Below are positions 25,241 through 38,893 of a stretch of DNA of 64,000 nucleotides, one piece after another; the stretch's first letter is position 1, and each line of letters starts with the position of its first letter. The position numbers were made by a program, and so were the translations under genes. Source of the stretch: Chiloscyllium plagiosum (lineage: Eukaryota); NCBI RefSeq assembly GCF_004010195.1, contig NC_057753.1, positions 5,485,282-5,549,281 on the forward strand, read 5' to 3'. Under the pieces are notes generated by a model. The model ran no database searches, was not told the DNA's origin, and worked only from the letters and a program-made list of their open reading frames with translations.

Positions 25241-26699
25241 ATTGAATCACAGAGGCATTCAGCTTATTGAGTCTGCAATGACTCCTCAGAAGAAGATTCC
25301 TATTGATTGTCCCTCTTTTGCTATTTACTTAGAACCTCTGCTAACTTCTTCACCCCTGCAGATATTGGCATGACTTCCCTTTGAACTACAAATGTAACTG
25401 CTCATTGCGCCTTCCCGTTTTTCCTCATGTTAGCATTCACGCTTTTGTTATGTCGGCAACCAGAAGTGTTTCTCCTTCTTCGTTCTTCTCAGAAGCCTTT
25501 TAATGTTGTATAGATTCCATCAAATATGAAATGAACAACATGTGCAGTAAGTGGAGGCGGCTCGAGATAAATACATGTTTGCAAGCGTTCTGGATTTAAA
25601 ACGAGCCACTGAAGAAGATAGAGGAGGTGCATTTGGTTGTGTCTTTCATAAAGTAATTGAACGATTGTGTGAAGAGAAGAAGAATTGCCAAAATTGGGAA
25701 ACGGTCAGAGTGGGACTCGCCAGATTGCTATGTAAGAGAGCTGACACAGACTTAACACGCCAAGTAACTATATTCTGGCTTGTAATCATACATTGATTCA
25801 TAATTTTAACTGACCAAGAAACGCTGCTAGTAACATGAGGAGGCCCATATATAACCCTATTCAATGAGACAATTGTTGGTCTGTAACTCTGTCTCCATAT
25901 GCTTCCCTTTGTCTTGTAAAAGCTTTGGTAATCAATCTCAGTTTTGCAATTACGTTCCCAATATTAAATGGGGCACCATATTGAGCACCTTTGACTTAAC
26001 CTTAGCGTGTTGATAGATGGGGAAAGGGATGTGCCCCCATGGAGTGTTGATTTCAAGGAAAATGTAAATTATGGCTTCAATGTTTGTTGGAATTAATGAG
26101 TCATATTGTCAAAAAACAGAAAACAGATCGACCATACACTGAGACAAGTTTCAGTTTAGCCAGAGGGAGAGGAGAAGGTGAGAAATGCTGAGAGGCATGG
26201 ATAAAATACGTTCACAGGTGCTGATTAAATCTCTTTAGTAGTTTGTTTGACAAAGGTTAAGATTTACAATTCTGAATACAGTCAGGTTATTTCAGATTAA
26301 TGTTGTGTCAAGAAAATGATTAGAACGATTTATCAAACGTCTTTTTATCTCATCTTATATAAATGTGCTCAATTGGTATGGAAAGTGTTAAAGCAATATT
26401 AGCTTGTAGGCAGATTGTACGGGATGCCCACATGCTGCTTTGGGAGAACAAGGTAGGGAAAAATGACCTTTAGAAATTACAACAGTCTGCTCGAACTTCT
26501 ACCCTTTACAATGATCATTGTTATAATCTAATTTTACAGTGTACTAGTACACATGATTTGTTGACAGGAAACACATATCAACCCCCAGGCACAGATCTGA
26601 CAGAACGGCATGATCAATCAGGAGCTAAATATTATCGACCTAACTTGTGAAAGTTGAATGTGAAAGGATAATGTTTTTCTATTATATCTGTGACAACAA

Positions 26700-27730
26700 A
26701 GGTAGTGACGTCGTGCATGCACACACTGAGTGGGAGTGTTCCTGTAAACCGACTGTGGAAAAAGCTTTAACCAGTTACACAGCCTGAAACATCTCAGCAT
26801 TCACAACTCAGATAGACCATGCACACTTCTTGTGTGTGGTTGGGGATTTAATTGTCGAATCTGGAAAGACTCGGGGTGGGGGGGGGGGGGGGGGGGGTGT
26901 ACTATGGAGAAGTCATGGAAGTGTGGGGACTGTGGAAAAGGATTAGTTGCCCAGCCTGGCTGGAAACTCATCAGTGCAATCACAGTGGAGAGAGACCATT
27001 GACCTGTTCTGTGTGTGGGGAGAGATTCACTCAGTCAGCTCACCTAACACTGCATTAGTGAGTTCATATTCAGGAGAGAGCATTAAACTGCTCTGTATGT
27101 AGGATGAGTTTCAGGTGTGGACTTGTTGGGCCGAAGGGCCTGTTTCCACACTGTAATCTAATCTAATCTAAAATCTAATCTAATTAGTGAGTTCATATTC
27201 AGGAGAGAGCATTAAACTGCTCTGTATGTAGGATGAGTTTCATGGTGCTAGTCAATCTGCAGTCACACCAGCTTGTTCACACTGAGGAGAAACCGTTCAG
27301 CTGCCCATGCTGTGGAAAGACCTCCAGGTAGTCATCCACTCTCAATGCACACGAATGATTTTACTCTGGGAAGTGGCCGTTTAGTTGCCCGGACTGTGGG
27401 TCGGATTCACTCGGTCATCCCTCTGTTGATGCGCCAGCGAATTCGCACTGAGGAGTGGCCATCTGCTGCACCTACTGTGGGGGGACCTACAGATATTTAG
27501 ACAATTTTATTTCACACTTGCATATTCAACTGTGGAGTAGCCATTCATCTGTTATGAGCGTAGGAAGAGATTCACTCTGTCATCCAACCCGATGAGATGC
27601 TAAAGAACTCACACCAGAGAGAGAATGTTTGCCTGCGCTGAATGTAGTAAGAGATTCATCTGACTGCTGACCTGATGACAAACCAGCTGTTTCACACTGA
27701 AGAGTGACCATTCACCTTCTCTGTGTAATT
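26700..27730 (+). pseudogene. Decayed tandem C2H2 zinc-finger gene
   Basis: Fragments [67 protein letters not shown]. Many stops and frameshifts, a poly-G run and a SINE-tail insertion. Confidence 0.88.
27114..27182 (+). mobile_element. 5'-truncated HE1/HER1 3' tail flanked by a 60-bp direct repeat
   Basis: ggtgtggacttgttgggccgaagggcctgtttccacactg(taatc)n between identical 27054-27113 and 27183-27242. Confidence 0.9.
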
Positions 27731-28616
27731 GAGGCAAAGTTTAATAATCTTGCCAGGGATGCAGTGTCCTTTTAAAAGCAGCTGTTCATAACATTTTCCC
27801 TTACTTCAAGAACTTTGATTAAAAATTATATTTCTAACAAAATTATGAACTTTTTCTTTAATTCAAGATTGACCTTTGTTATGAATTTGAAAATTCAGTG
27901 ACTGAAAAGTTCGAGTGATTATCAAATCTAATAAAAAGGTTACTGATGAACCTTGCTTATAATTCTTATTGACTTGGATATTCCATCTACGGACTTTCCA
28001 TGATTCTTCATGAAGAATGGAAAATAGGAATTCAGGGAGAATTTCGCCTCTTCAAGTATTACCCTCCATCTGATACAGAAATGCTCTCAGCACGGCAATG
28101 GAGATATGTGCAATGCAAGTAATGAGCTGTTAGAAATCAGTGCTTGTTAAACTTATGTTATCTTAATAAATGTATTGAATCTTTTGAAATTAGTTTAGTT
28201 TTCTGTCGTATTCTGGGGAGAAAAGCTTCTACAGCAACTTCCTGGTTATCGAACACAGGCAAAGGCAGTTAACGTTGCCAAGGGTATTTCTAACTCTGAG
28301 ACAACTGGATCGGATTGTCATATGTAAACTGACTGTAAAGGTTAAAGCAGGGTTGTGAGGGTATAGAAAGAGGATTTTGAATTGATGCAGACTGGCTTCA
28401 GGCCAACTCTCATACTTGCTCAGAGCAGTTAACTCTTCAGCGGAGATATCAGCTACTGAGACCAACATGTTCTATGCATAATCTATCGAACTATATTTCC
28501 TTGGGAATTGGTAAATCATTCTTATCCCTCACGGACTGCATACTTTTCCTGCCGGTGTAGCTATGCATTGTATTTTACATGTCAATTGTTACTTTAATTA
28601 GTGTAGGAATTCAGTT

Positions 28617-28779
28617 GATGCTGGGAAAGCAAAGGAAATCAGGCAGCATCGAGGAGCAGGAATTCCTGATGAAGGGCTTTTGCCCGAAATTAAGACTGTC
28701 CTGCTCCTCGGACGCTGTGCTTTTCCAACACCACACTCTTGACTCTAATCTCTAGCATCTGCAATCCTCAGGTTCTCCT
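28617..28779 (+). mobile_element. Penelope-derived partial palindrome with a hammerhead core
   Basis: CTGATGAagggcttttgcccGAAA at 28666-28689; 13-bp TSD taggaattcagtt (28604-28616, 28780-28792). Confidence 0.75.
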
Positions 28780-29364
28780 TAGGAATTCAGTTCCCTATTT
28801 TGAGTCGTCTGTGCCTACTGGACCTAAATTGTATTAATGGTGTTAGGAAAGATCGAAATTATTGGCTTGCAAGTTTAGATTCTTAGGTAAACATGAGTAG
28901 AATGATATCCAATGCTGTGTAAAGGATTATCAAGCAACGAGAGAGGAGTTGCTGTTATGACCTTTGACGTAAGATGGGAGGGAATGCTGGTGTCCAGAGG
29001 CATTCATTTGTTGAACAAGTAGGCAAATTGTTGGCGAACTTCACATTTTGTTTTCTCTGCATGGAGACAGTCATTTAAACTGATACAGCAGAGATACGAG
29101 TATTGCATTAATTTTATAGCTTGATTAGTTAAAATGCTGGATGTAACGATAGATGATCGTTATACTTCTAAAGTTAGTGGAATCAAGCGTCATAAATATG
29201 GCAGAAAAGTTGATGTGATTTGTGGGAGCTGGTGGACACCTGTCTGATCAATGGTTACCACGTGTGCAGTACCTGTCTCGTTCTGATTGCTTCTATTATT
29301 AATGTTTTTCAACACTAATTGTTGAAGCTTTTTGAAATTCATCCTGAGATAATTGGGGCGTCAC

Positions 29365-29955
29365 ACTATGGTTTTTCAGGACATTGGTTTGGCCACGTTT
29401 GGAATAATGTGCCCAGTTCTAGTCTCCCTTCTATAGGAAGGATGTTGTGAAACGTGAAAGGTTTCAGAAAAGATTTACAAGGATTGTTACCAGGGTTGGA
29501 GCTTTCCATCTAAAGTGAGAGGCTGACTAGGCTGGGGATATTTTCCCTGGAGCATCAGACGCTGAGCGGTGATGTTACAGAGGTTTATAAAATCATTAGG
29601 GCCATTTATATGGGAAATAGATAGAACCTTTTCCCGGATTTGGGGAGTCCAAAGCTGGAGGACACAAGTTTAACATGGTAAGGCAACACTTTAAAAGGGA
29701 CCGAAGGGGCAACGTTTTCATGCAGGGAGTAGTGCGTATATGGAATGAGCTGCCAGAGGAAGTGGTGGAGGCTGGAACAACCACAATTTTTTTAAGAAAA
29801 GCATCTGCATAGGTATATGATCAGGAAATGTTTAGAGTGGCATGGGTCAGCTGCAGGCAAAAGGAACTAGAATATATAGGATATCTAATCGGTGTGGATG
29901 AGTTGGTCTGAAGGGTGCGTTTATATGCTTTACATCTAAATGTCTCGATTACTCT
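29365..29955 (+). mobile_element. CR1 3' fragment specific to module 2
   Basis: ERFQKRFTR.LPG, WNELPEEVVEAGT. Confidence 0.85.
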
Positions 29956-31825
29956 ATGTTTTATTGAAGAACACATTGAATGGACAGTTGGGAATTTTTG
30001 TAAAATCACTTTCTCAAAGTCATGTATCTTCGGTTAAGTGCCTGAACTGACCTGGAATGACATCTATTTGGTTTTGGCCTCCAGGAAACTGTATTTGATG
30101 CTGCTTTGGAATTCAGTTGGATGCAGTTCCTGATGTAAAAAGACCCCATTGTAGCCTTTACCACCTTTCCAAGAAACCTTCTTGTGGACTTGATGTAAGA
30201 GCTTAGAAATTGAAACACCTATAACCGTTGATAGACTGTTAGAAGACATATGTAACAAATGATATTTTAAGAGATTTCAAAGGACAATTGCTTATGTCTA
30301 GTGACACCTGTCTCTTTAAGTATCCGTGATCTTGTAGAGGGATGGAAGACTGAAAGAAATCTGGAACATTTAATATCTTATCACTTTATTCTCTTGGAAT
30401 TAGCAACTGAGTTTGGTCCAACTGCTTTTTGTCCAAGTTAATTCTGAAGGAAATTTCCTTCTTTTTTCTTTCACTGTTGTGTGTGAAAAAACCTTTGTGT
30501 TGGGGCTATTTAGAACACAAACTTTGTCAATTTGAATTTTTCAAACTGTTTGTTGCTTTACATCTCTTTGAGTTCGGCTCGACTAATGGTGTATTTGAAA
30601 TAGGTATATGCTTGATGCATATTTCAATTCTGAAACTAATGCCGATAAAGTATACAATGGACTATTTGATATTTAAGTATTTTTCTCATTCGTGCGATGT
30701 GAGCTTGTTTGGCTGGGTCACCATTTATTGCCTTTCCCTATTGGCCATCTCGATCCTGTGTGGTGAATTTGATGTCGGTACATTTACATGCTGTCAGGGA
30801 TGTAAATTTGACTCAGTGCCCATAAGTTATAGTGGAGATGTAAGCCATTCTAACTTGCAAGTTTTCAATGAGTTCATGGAGGATTTGATAATCCTCAACT
30901 CCATTTTCCTATCTTTTCCATACAACCCTTGATTCTCTCAGTGAATGTTAATCTGTCTATATCAGCCTGAAACAGAATGAATGACCCAGGTTTGACAGGG
31001 CCTCCATAGGTATACTACTCTCCAAAAATAGATTAGACGCTGGGAATACTGTGGTGAGTAAATCAGCTTTTTACTCCCCTAAAACATCTGCATCATGTAA
31101 AGGCGTAAGTCAGGTGTGTGATGGAATATTCCCTTCCTGCCGGGATGAGACAACTCCAAAAATTGGAGCTTGCAACAAGCTAGGACAAAGCAGGCTGCTG
31201 ATTGGCACCACATTCACAAATATCTACTCTCTCCAGTACTGTTGATCAGGAGCAGTAGTGTGCACTATCTACAGTATGCCCGCTGAGATTCACCAATGCT
31301 GTTTGAACAGCACCTTCTAAACCCACGATGACTACCTATAGAAGGTCAAGGGTTGCACATATGATAATAGATTTACCGACATAAGTAGTTACAAGCAGCG
31401 ACTTGTTATCTGTAGTAACTGTATACGAGTTTAGGTTGAGCCTTTGCAAGAAAAGAAAAACCGTTATAGGTGCGATGCAGTGAACATTAACCAGGAAGAC
31501 CACTGAGGTAGAAATATAAAATTGTGAGAAACAGTTCTATTTACTTCAGAAACTTAAAAAAAGCGATCTAATTGTGTTGGCTAAAGCAATTGAACAAAAA
31601 CTACGGCAGCTCCAAAAAAGTGATTTCATCTGTTGGGGCAGCCGAAAGAAAAGTAACACAACAGTAAAGTAGAGGAAAAATCTTTCAGAGATGATGTCAT
31701 AAAGCATTCAATCACACAAAGAATGCCAAGGTTACGCAGCCGTCTTCTGAGTAAAGCTATTCAGGTTGGGTTGAATTGAAAAGTAATTTGATGTATTTGG
31801 TTACCTAATGTTATTGAAGGGTAAG

Positions 31826-34260
31826 AACAAAGAACAAAGAAAAAAGAAAATTACAGCACAGGAGCAGGCCCTTCAGCCCTCCAGACTTACGTCAATCCAC
31901 ATTCTCCATCTAAACCTGTCACCTATTTTCTAAGGGTCTGTATCTCTTTGCTCCCTGTCCATTCATGTATCCGTCTAGATGCATCTTAAATGACGCTATC
32001 GTGCCCGCCTCTACCATTTCCACTGGGACGTGTTCTATGCACCCACCACCCTCTGCATAAAGAACTCCCCTAAGCTTTTCCACTCTCACTTTGAACTCAT
32101 CACTCCTACTAATTGAATTCCTCACTCTCGGAAAAAAGCTATCCACCCTTGTCTATACCTCCTATGATTTTGCAGACCTCAATCAGGACACTGTCAACCT
32201 CCGTCTTTCTAATGAAAATAATACTAATTTACTCAACCTTTATTCATAGCTCGCGCCCTCCATACCAGGCACATCCTGGTGAACCTTCTCTGCACCCTCT
32301 CCAAAGCTTTCACATTCTTTTGGTATTGTGGCGACCAGAACTGTATCAAGTATTCCAAATGTGGCTGAAGGTCTCATGTCCGAAATGTTGACTTTCCTGC
32401 TCCTCAGATGCAGCCTGACTGCCTGTGCTTTCCCAGCACCATACTCTTTGATTCTGATCTCCTTTGACTGCATCTGCAGTCCTCACCTTTTCCTCCTCTT
32501 ATAGAACTCTAACATGACCTGTCAACACTTGTATTCAACAACGCGTCCGATGAAGGAAACATGCTGTTTGACTTCTTGACCACGCTATTGACCTGCATTA
32601 CCACCTTCAAGGAACAATGGACCTGAACATCCAGATCACTCGGTATAACAATTTTCCCCATGACTTTTCCATTTACTGCATAGTTCGTTCTTAAGAATTC
32701 GATCTTCCATAATGTATCACCTCCCATTTGCCCGGATTGACCTCCATCTGCCATTTCTCTGCCCAACTCTCTAATCTATCTATATTCTGCTGTATTCTGG
32801 CAGTTCCCCATCATTATCTGCTACTCCATCAATCTTAGTGTCATCTGCAAACTTGTTAATCAAACCACCTATACATTCTTCCAAATCATTTATGTATATC
32901 ACAAACAACAGTGGTCCCAGCACATATCTTTGTGGAACACTTTGAGAAACTCCTTTCCACTACTACTGTCTGTCTCCTGTTGCCCAGCCAGCTATTTATC
33001 CATCCAGGTAGTACATCCTGGACCACATACAACTTCACCATCTCCTTCAGCCTATCAGGTGGGACCTTATCAAATGCCTTACTGAAGTGCATGTATATGA
33101 CATTACAACCCTTCTTTCATCAATCAACTTCATGACTTCCTCAAAGAATTATATTAAGTTGTAAGGCATGACCTTCCCTGCGCAAAATAATGTTGCCTAT
33201 CACTGATACGTCCATTTTCTTCACAATGGAAATACATCCTATCCCTCAGTATCTTCTGGAGCAGCTTCCCTACCACTGACGTCAGGCTCACCGGTCTATA
33301 ATTACCTGGATTATCCCTGCTACCCTTCTTAAACACGGATTCAGCATTGGCAATTCTCCAGTGCTCTGGGACCTCACCCGAGTTCAAGGATGCTGCAAAG
33401 ATATCTGTTAAGGCCCCAATTATTTCCTCTCTCATTTCCCCCAGTAAGCTGGGATTGATCCCATCTGGACCTGGGGACTTGTCCAGCTTAATGCCTTAAG
33501 AATACCCAACACTTCCTCCCTCCTTATGCCGACTTGACCTCGAGTAATCAAACATCTATCCCTAACCTTACCATCCGTCATGTCCCTCTCCTTGATGAAT
33601 ATCGATGCAAATTACTCATTAAGAATCTTACCCATTTCTTCTGACTCCACGCATAATTTTTCTCCTTTGTCATTGAGTGGTCCAACCCTTTCTCTTGTTA
33701 CTCTCTTCCTCCTTATATATGGATAAAAGGCTTCGGATTTTCCTTAACCCTGTTTGCTAAAGATGTGTCGTGACCCCTTTTAGCCCTCTTAAGTTCTCAT
33801 TTCAAATTGGTCTTACATTCCCGATATTCTTCTAAAGCTTCGTATGTCTTCAGTCACCGAGACCTTATGTATAATTCCTATTTTCTTTTAGCTAGTCTCA
33901 CAATTTCACCTGTTATCCATGTTCCCTAATCTTTCCATTTCTATCCCTCATTTTCACAGGAACACATCTCTCATGCACTCTAATCAAACACTTTTTGAAA
34001 GTCTCCTACACATCAAATGTGAATTTACCTTGAAACAGCTGGTCCCAATCTACATTCCCCAGCTGAATTTTGATATAGTCAGCCATTCCCCAATTTAGCA
34101 CTCTTTCTTTAGGACCACTCTCATCTTTGTCGATGAGTATTCTGAAACTTACGGAATTGTGAGCACTATTCCCAAAGTATTCCCCTCCTGAAACTTCAAC
34201 CACCATACCGGGCTGATTTCCCAACACCAAGTCCAGGATGGCCCCTTCCCGAGTTGGACT
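31826..34260 (-). mobile_element. CR1/HER1 LINE, 5'-truncated (end of EN, RT, tail)
   Basis: PTREGAILDLVLGN, PGNYRPVSLTSVVGKLL, FSKAFDKVP; (TTCTTTG)n tail; TSD taagaa, with the empty site at ~7945. Confidence 0.92.
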
Positions 34261-34708
34261 AAGAATGTAAAATTGGTGGAAGCCGTTGGGATAAAGATCT
34301 GCCATATTATAGAAATCTAGGAGCATGCTGGAAAGACTAAAATGTCTCTTTTAACATATATATTCATTTGTGTGACAGGATCAATGTAACAGATGCACAG
34401 AGACTCCTCTTGCACTACAGGGACTTTCCAAATCTGATCTTTATTGAGGAGTGATACATAGGATAGTTGAATGAGTACAACCACTTTCCCTTCATTTATG
34501 CATTCGATTTATGATTCGATTAAGTGACACGAAGCATTGACAAATCTGATCTTTACCACAACGTGCATCGTATTATTTTTAATCCAGGCAAATAATTCGA
34601 CAAATGACTCTAATTTATATTAATCAATATTCAGCGAGGTGGCATTCATTATTATTGAAATGTGAAAGACAACTTTGGCTCTTCATGTAAAGCAGTGTTA
34701 TAGCTTGG

Positions 34709-35612
34709 TTATTCTTGCCCTGACTTTACAAATTTGCAAATTGAATGCACAGGATATTGCACCAAAGTCTTTAACTGATCCCTGAATTTACTTTGAGTAA
34801 CTGCATAAATAAATGTATTTGTGCAACAACTCAACAGCTGAAGCATATTTGCATTTTCTATGAGAATAAATCTGGGGTCATCAAAGCCTTGGACTTTATA
34901 ATCATTTGTAAGTCGCTCATATAAGAACTGTATCACATGTGTTAACCACAAAATAATGAAGCTGCCTGAGATGGAAAAGAGTAAGACAATGGACTTTCTC
35001 CTGCTTTCCATTTCTGGATCATTATGTTTGTCCTCGTTGCTTTGGATCCGGAGTCTTCTACGGCTCTACTGGTCACTAGAACAGTCAATGCATTAAACAT
35101 AATAATCAAAAGGAATGGGAGACAAGGCGTTAAAAGACGATCAATCCAATCAAAAGCTGTCCAGGCAGGAGAAGTATAACGATTAGCTTTTAGTCTGCAG
35201 TACCAAGGCACATTGTATAATATGTAGATTGGTTCATGTAAAAAGTACCATGGGATATTGACTACACATCCCAGGGCACAGACCAACCCTATGATGACGG
35301 CAGCTGCTTTTTCAGTACAATATTTTGTTTTCAGCTTCTGACAACAAATAGCCACAAATCTGTCGAAGGTGAAAGTTACTGTCAACCAGACAGAACTGAA
35401 TCTGGCTGCATAAATTAATGCAATACTGGCACTGCATATTGGAGTGATGGAAAGAAAACTACCTGGAAAATAAATACCAGGAATTCTGTTTAATATCACA
35501 GCGGTGATAATGACCAGCAGATCTGTGACTGCCATGGACACGAGATATCGAGTAATACACCTGGATAGACCACATCCTCCTTGTGTCAGGATCAATATCG
35601 TCACTAAATTAA
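34709..35612 (-). pseudogene. GPR139-like GPCR copy 2, exon 2, with one 1-nt frameshift near 35062 (pseudogene or assembly error)
   Basis: ORFs 34942-35637 and 34709-35011 together cover the receptor. Versus copy 1 there is an in-frame 9-nt deletion (ctaga-acagtc) and a 1-nt loss (cggctcta vs cggactcta) in ICL3. Acceptor ttacag|TTAAT at 35613/35612. Confidence 0.85.
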
Positions 35613-36668
35613 CTGTAAGAGAGAGGGCGAATGACATTCAATTAAAAGTACACACTGTGGTGTTTTGTAAGTTCAGCAGTGGTGCATACATTTTGAAGCA
35701 ATGAAACCCGATGTAATCATTCAAGACAACGATAAGATTGGTCGAAATCCTCAGATGAGTGCACCAAATTATATTGAATAAATTTTGAAGATTGAAACAC
35801 GTTAATAAATGTCAATCTTGAAATGATCAATTAAACAGATGAATAGAAAACACATACGGATTGAGCAGATTCTATGCAACTGATTCTTCGATCAAATGCA
35901 GCAAATTATATGATTAGAAAGAGACCAGGCTAGTTCTTTCAGCCCGTTGAGCCAGTTCTATCATTCAATAAAGTCATGGCTGATCTGTGGTGTAACGCCA
36001 TATACCTGCCTTTGTCCCATATCCCTTAATATTCTTGCTAAACAAAAAAGTCTCAGATTTCAAAGTAGCAACTGACCCAGCATTCAATGCCATGTGCGGA
36101 AGTGTGTTTCACACATCTAGTACTTTTTGTTTGTCGAACTGCTTCTTAACATATCTCTGGAACTGTCTGGCCTAGTGGAAATAGCTTATCATTTTCTACC
36201 TCATCTTTTGCTGTTAATATCTTGAAGAATTTATTCATCACACTTAACCATCTAAATTCTATAGAGATCATGCCTAATTTTTATAATCTCCCGTCATAAG
36301 TATAACCCCTGAAGCTCTAATATCATTCATGTGTAACTGCATGGTACTCCTATCTACCCCAGTATTCTTCCTGTGTTGTGGTGCCGAGATCGGCTCACAG
36401 TTCTTCATGTGAATGCTGGCCAGGATTTGTATAGCTGCAGGATCTGTCTCCTTGCACTCTTGTCACCTAGATATAAAGACCAGCATTGCGTTAGGTTTCT
36501 TCATTATTTTTGGCATATGTTCATGTAATTTGTAAAGTATATGCCCAGATCTCTTTGGACGTCCACTGCATTCAACTTCATGCTGTCTGGAAAGAACCCT
36601 GATCCATCCTATTTGGGTGCAAAATGGATAATCTCACAGTTGTTTATATTGATCTCCGGCTATTATAG

Positions 36669-36918
36669 AGAGAAAGTGAGGGCTGCAGATGCTGGAGATC
36701 AGAGCTGAAAATGTGTTGCTGGAAACGCGCAGCAGGTCAGGCAGCATCCAAGGAACAGGAGAATCGATGTTTCGGGCACAAGCCCTTCTTCAGGAATGAG
36801 CCAGGAGAATCGACGTTTCGGGTTCATTCCTGAAGAAGGGCTTGTGCCCGAAACGTCGATTCTCCAGTTCCTTGGATGCTGCCTGACCTGCTGCGCTTTT
36901 CCAGCAACACATTTTCGG
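36669..36918. mobile_element. Palindromic non-autonomous Penelope-derived element with two hammerhead cores
   Basis: Inverted arms, each with CTGAAGA-agggc/gccc-GAAAC; 15-bp TSD ctccggctattatag (36654-36668, 36919-36933). Confidence 0.8.
36824..36865 (+). ncRNA. Minimal type I hammerhead ribozyme motif
   Basis: CUGAAGA-A-GGGC(uugu)GCCC-GAAAC-GUC: intact core, stem II and loopless palindromic ACGU stem III. Confidence 0.65.
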
Positions 36919-37974
36919 CTCCGGCTATTATAGCTTTGCCCATTCACATAGTCGATCAATGTACCTTATGCAACAACTACACTGCCTGCAATGCTAACTT
37001 TATGTCATCAGCAATTTGGATTATTACTTGCTATGTCATTTGCCAAATCATTAATGAATTAAAAGAAAATTTTAGACCCTGCCAATTTAATTTCCGAGAT
37101 ATTATTATTTATTACTGTCGCCTACCACTGAACCGATTTCGCAGGCACGCCAGTAATTTGCCCTGAGTTCCGTTGGCTCCTGTCCCTAGTCAACAGCTTC
37201 TTATGTGGGACTTCATTAAATGTCTTTTGTCTGTCCCTTTAACAACATCCATAGATATTCCCTGTCCAGTACCTTGGTCACCTCTTCAAAAAATTCAGTT
37301 GGGCTTGCAATACACAATTTACCATTCTGGAATCCTTACTGGATTTCCCTTACTAACCAATAACTTTCAAGTTGTTTAGTTATCCCCTCCTTGCTTATAA
37401 AATCCAACAATTCCCCCACCATTGATGTCAGCAAACTCCTCTGTAATTGCCCGGCTTTCTTTAGTTATTTTATCCATTGGCAGAGTTTCCCAGTTTCTTG
37501 TGGACAGTCTCTGTTTCATCCGGTTAAAATCGGCATTATACAAATCGAAAACTCTGATAGCTAATTCATGCTTCTCCCTTTCAAATGCTACATTGAACTC
37601 GATCATGTGACGATCACGTACAATTTGGTGTCTAATTAAATCTGGCTGATTACCCATTGCAAAATCCAGTGCTGCTTGTATCCTTGCTGCATCCAGGACA
37701 TATTGTTGTAAGAAATTCACGAACACTCTCCAGAACGTCACTATCTTTCTGACATATGCTTGTTAGCTTCTACGAATCTACATTATAGTTATATCTCACA
37801 TTACACTATATTGGCTTTGTTGCACTCTTCCCCTAATTTCTGCATTTATATTATGTAACATTTCAGAGCTGCTCTCTGGGCGTCTGTATACAATGTTTGT
37901 TAATGTTTTAGATCCTTTACAGTTCCTCAGTTTCACACATACCATGTCCATTGCAGGCTTTCTTCTCATTGTAT

Positions 37975-38893
37975 CAAAGGAATGATTAGCATACTGACCA
38001 TTGCACTGTGGTCAGGAAGATATCCGAGCGCGGGGGGCGGGGGGGAGGGGTGGAGAGCAAAAATCAAGATGGATAGGAGGAGCATTATTAAAATGAAGGG
38101 TACACAATATCCTTTCTAGCAGGGACAAGAGTTCAGCATAGTGTTTTTCCTGTCTGGTGAGAAGGTAAGAGACACCTCGAACCAACTTGAAAAGACATTG
38201 GCGTAGAAGGCGGAAGAGCCAGACACTGTGGTCCATGTTGGGACCTATAACATAGGAAAGAGTAGGTGGAAGTTCTAGTTGGAGAACATCAGGAATGACG
38301 AACAAACGTAAAGAACAGGATCACAAGGCTATCTATCATTTCAGGATTATTACCCAAGCCATGTGTAACTGACATAGAGATAAGAAAATCAGCGAAGTAA
38401 ACGTGTGGATAAAGTTAAAACAGTTTCAAAATCAAGCTACGACAAAGAGTGAAAAAACAGCCAGGAATCTCACTTCAGTCAGCGCAGACAATAATAAAAT
38501 TGTAAGAAGTGCTTTGAATAAACCAGAAGTGAGAAATAATAAATAGGAGGATAAAAGACGGCTCGTTTTGTATAGGTTGGAGTGGGTGGCTCAAATGATA
38601 GTTCTATATGCAAATGCATAGAGGGTGAGGAATAAATTTGATGAGCTGCAGGCACAAATTCAAATTAGTGGTTATGACAGAGTCGCCATTACTGAGACAT
38701 GGCTACAGATATTGGGAATGAAATATGTCAGATTATAAGGCTTACAGCACAGACCGTGGAAACGGCAGAGAAATTGGAGTAGCATCACTAGAAACAAAAT
38801 TACTTCAATGATGAGGGAGGATCCCCCCCGCCCCCCGCGCTCGGATATCTTCCTGACCACAGTGCAATGGTCAGTATGCTAATCATTCCTTTG
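37975..38893. other. Inversion with a 72-bp inverted duplicated boundary
   Basis: 37975-38046 is the reverse complement of 38822-38893. The interior is antiparallel to ~11465-12215. Confidence 0.9.

Noticed and set aside
26873..26897. Poly-G tract in the ZNF
   Set aside because: A homopolymer expansion in a pseudogene; its length is unreliable.
30429..30932. 167-aa hydrophobic ORF
   Set aside because: T-rich non-coding sequence with a non-ATG start; not open in the three paralogous regions.
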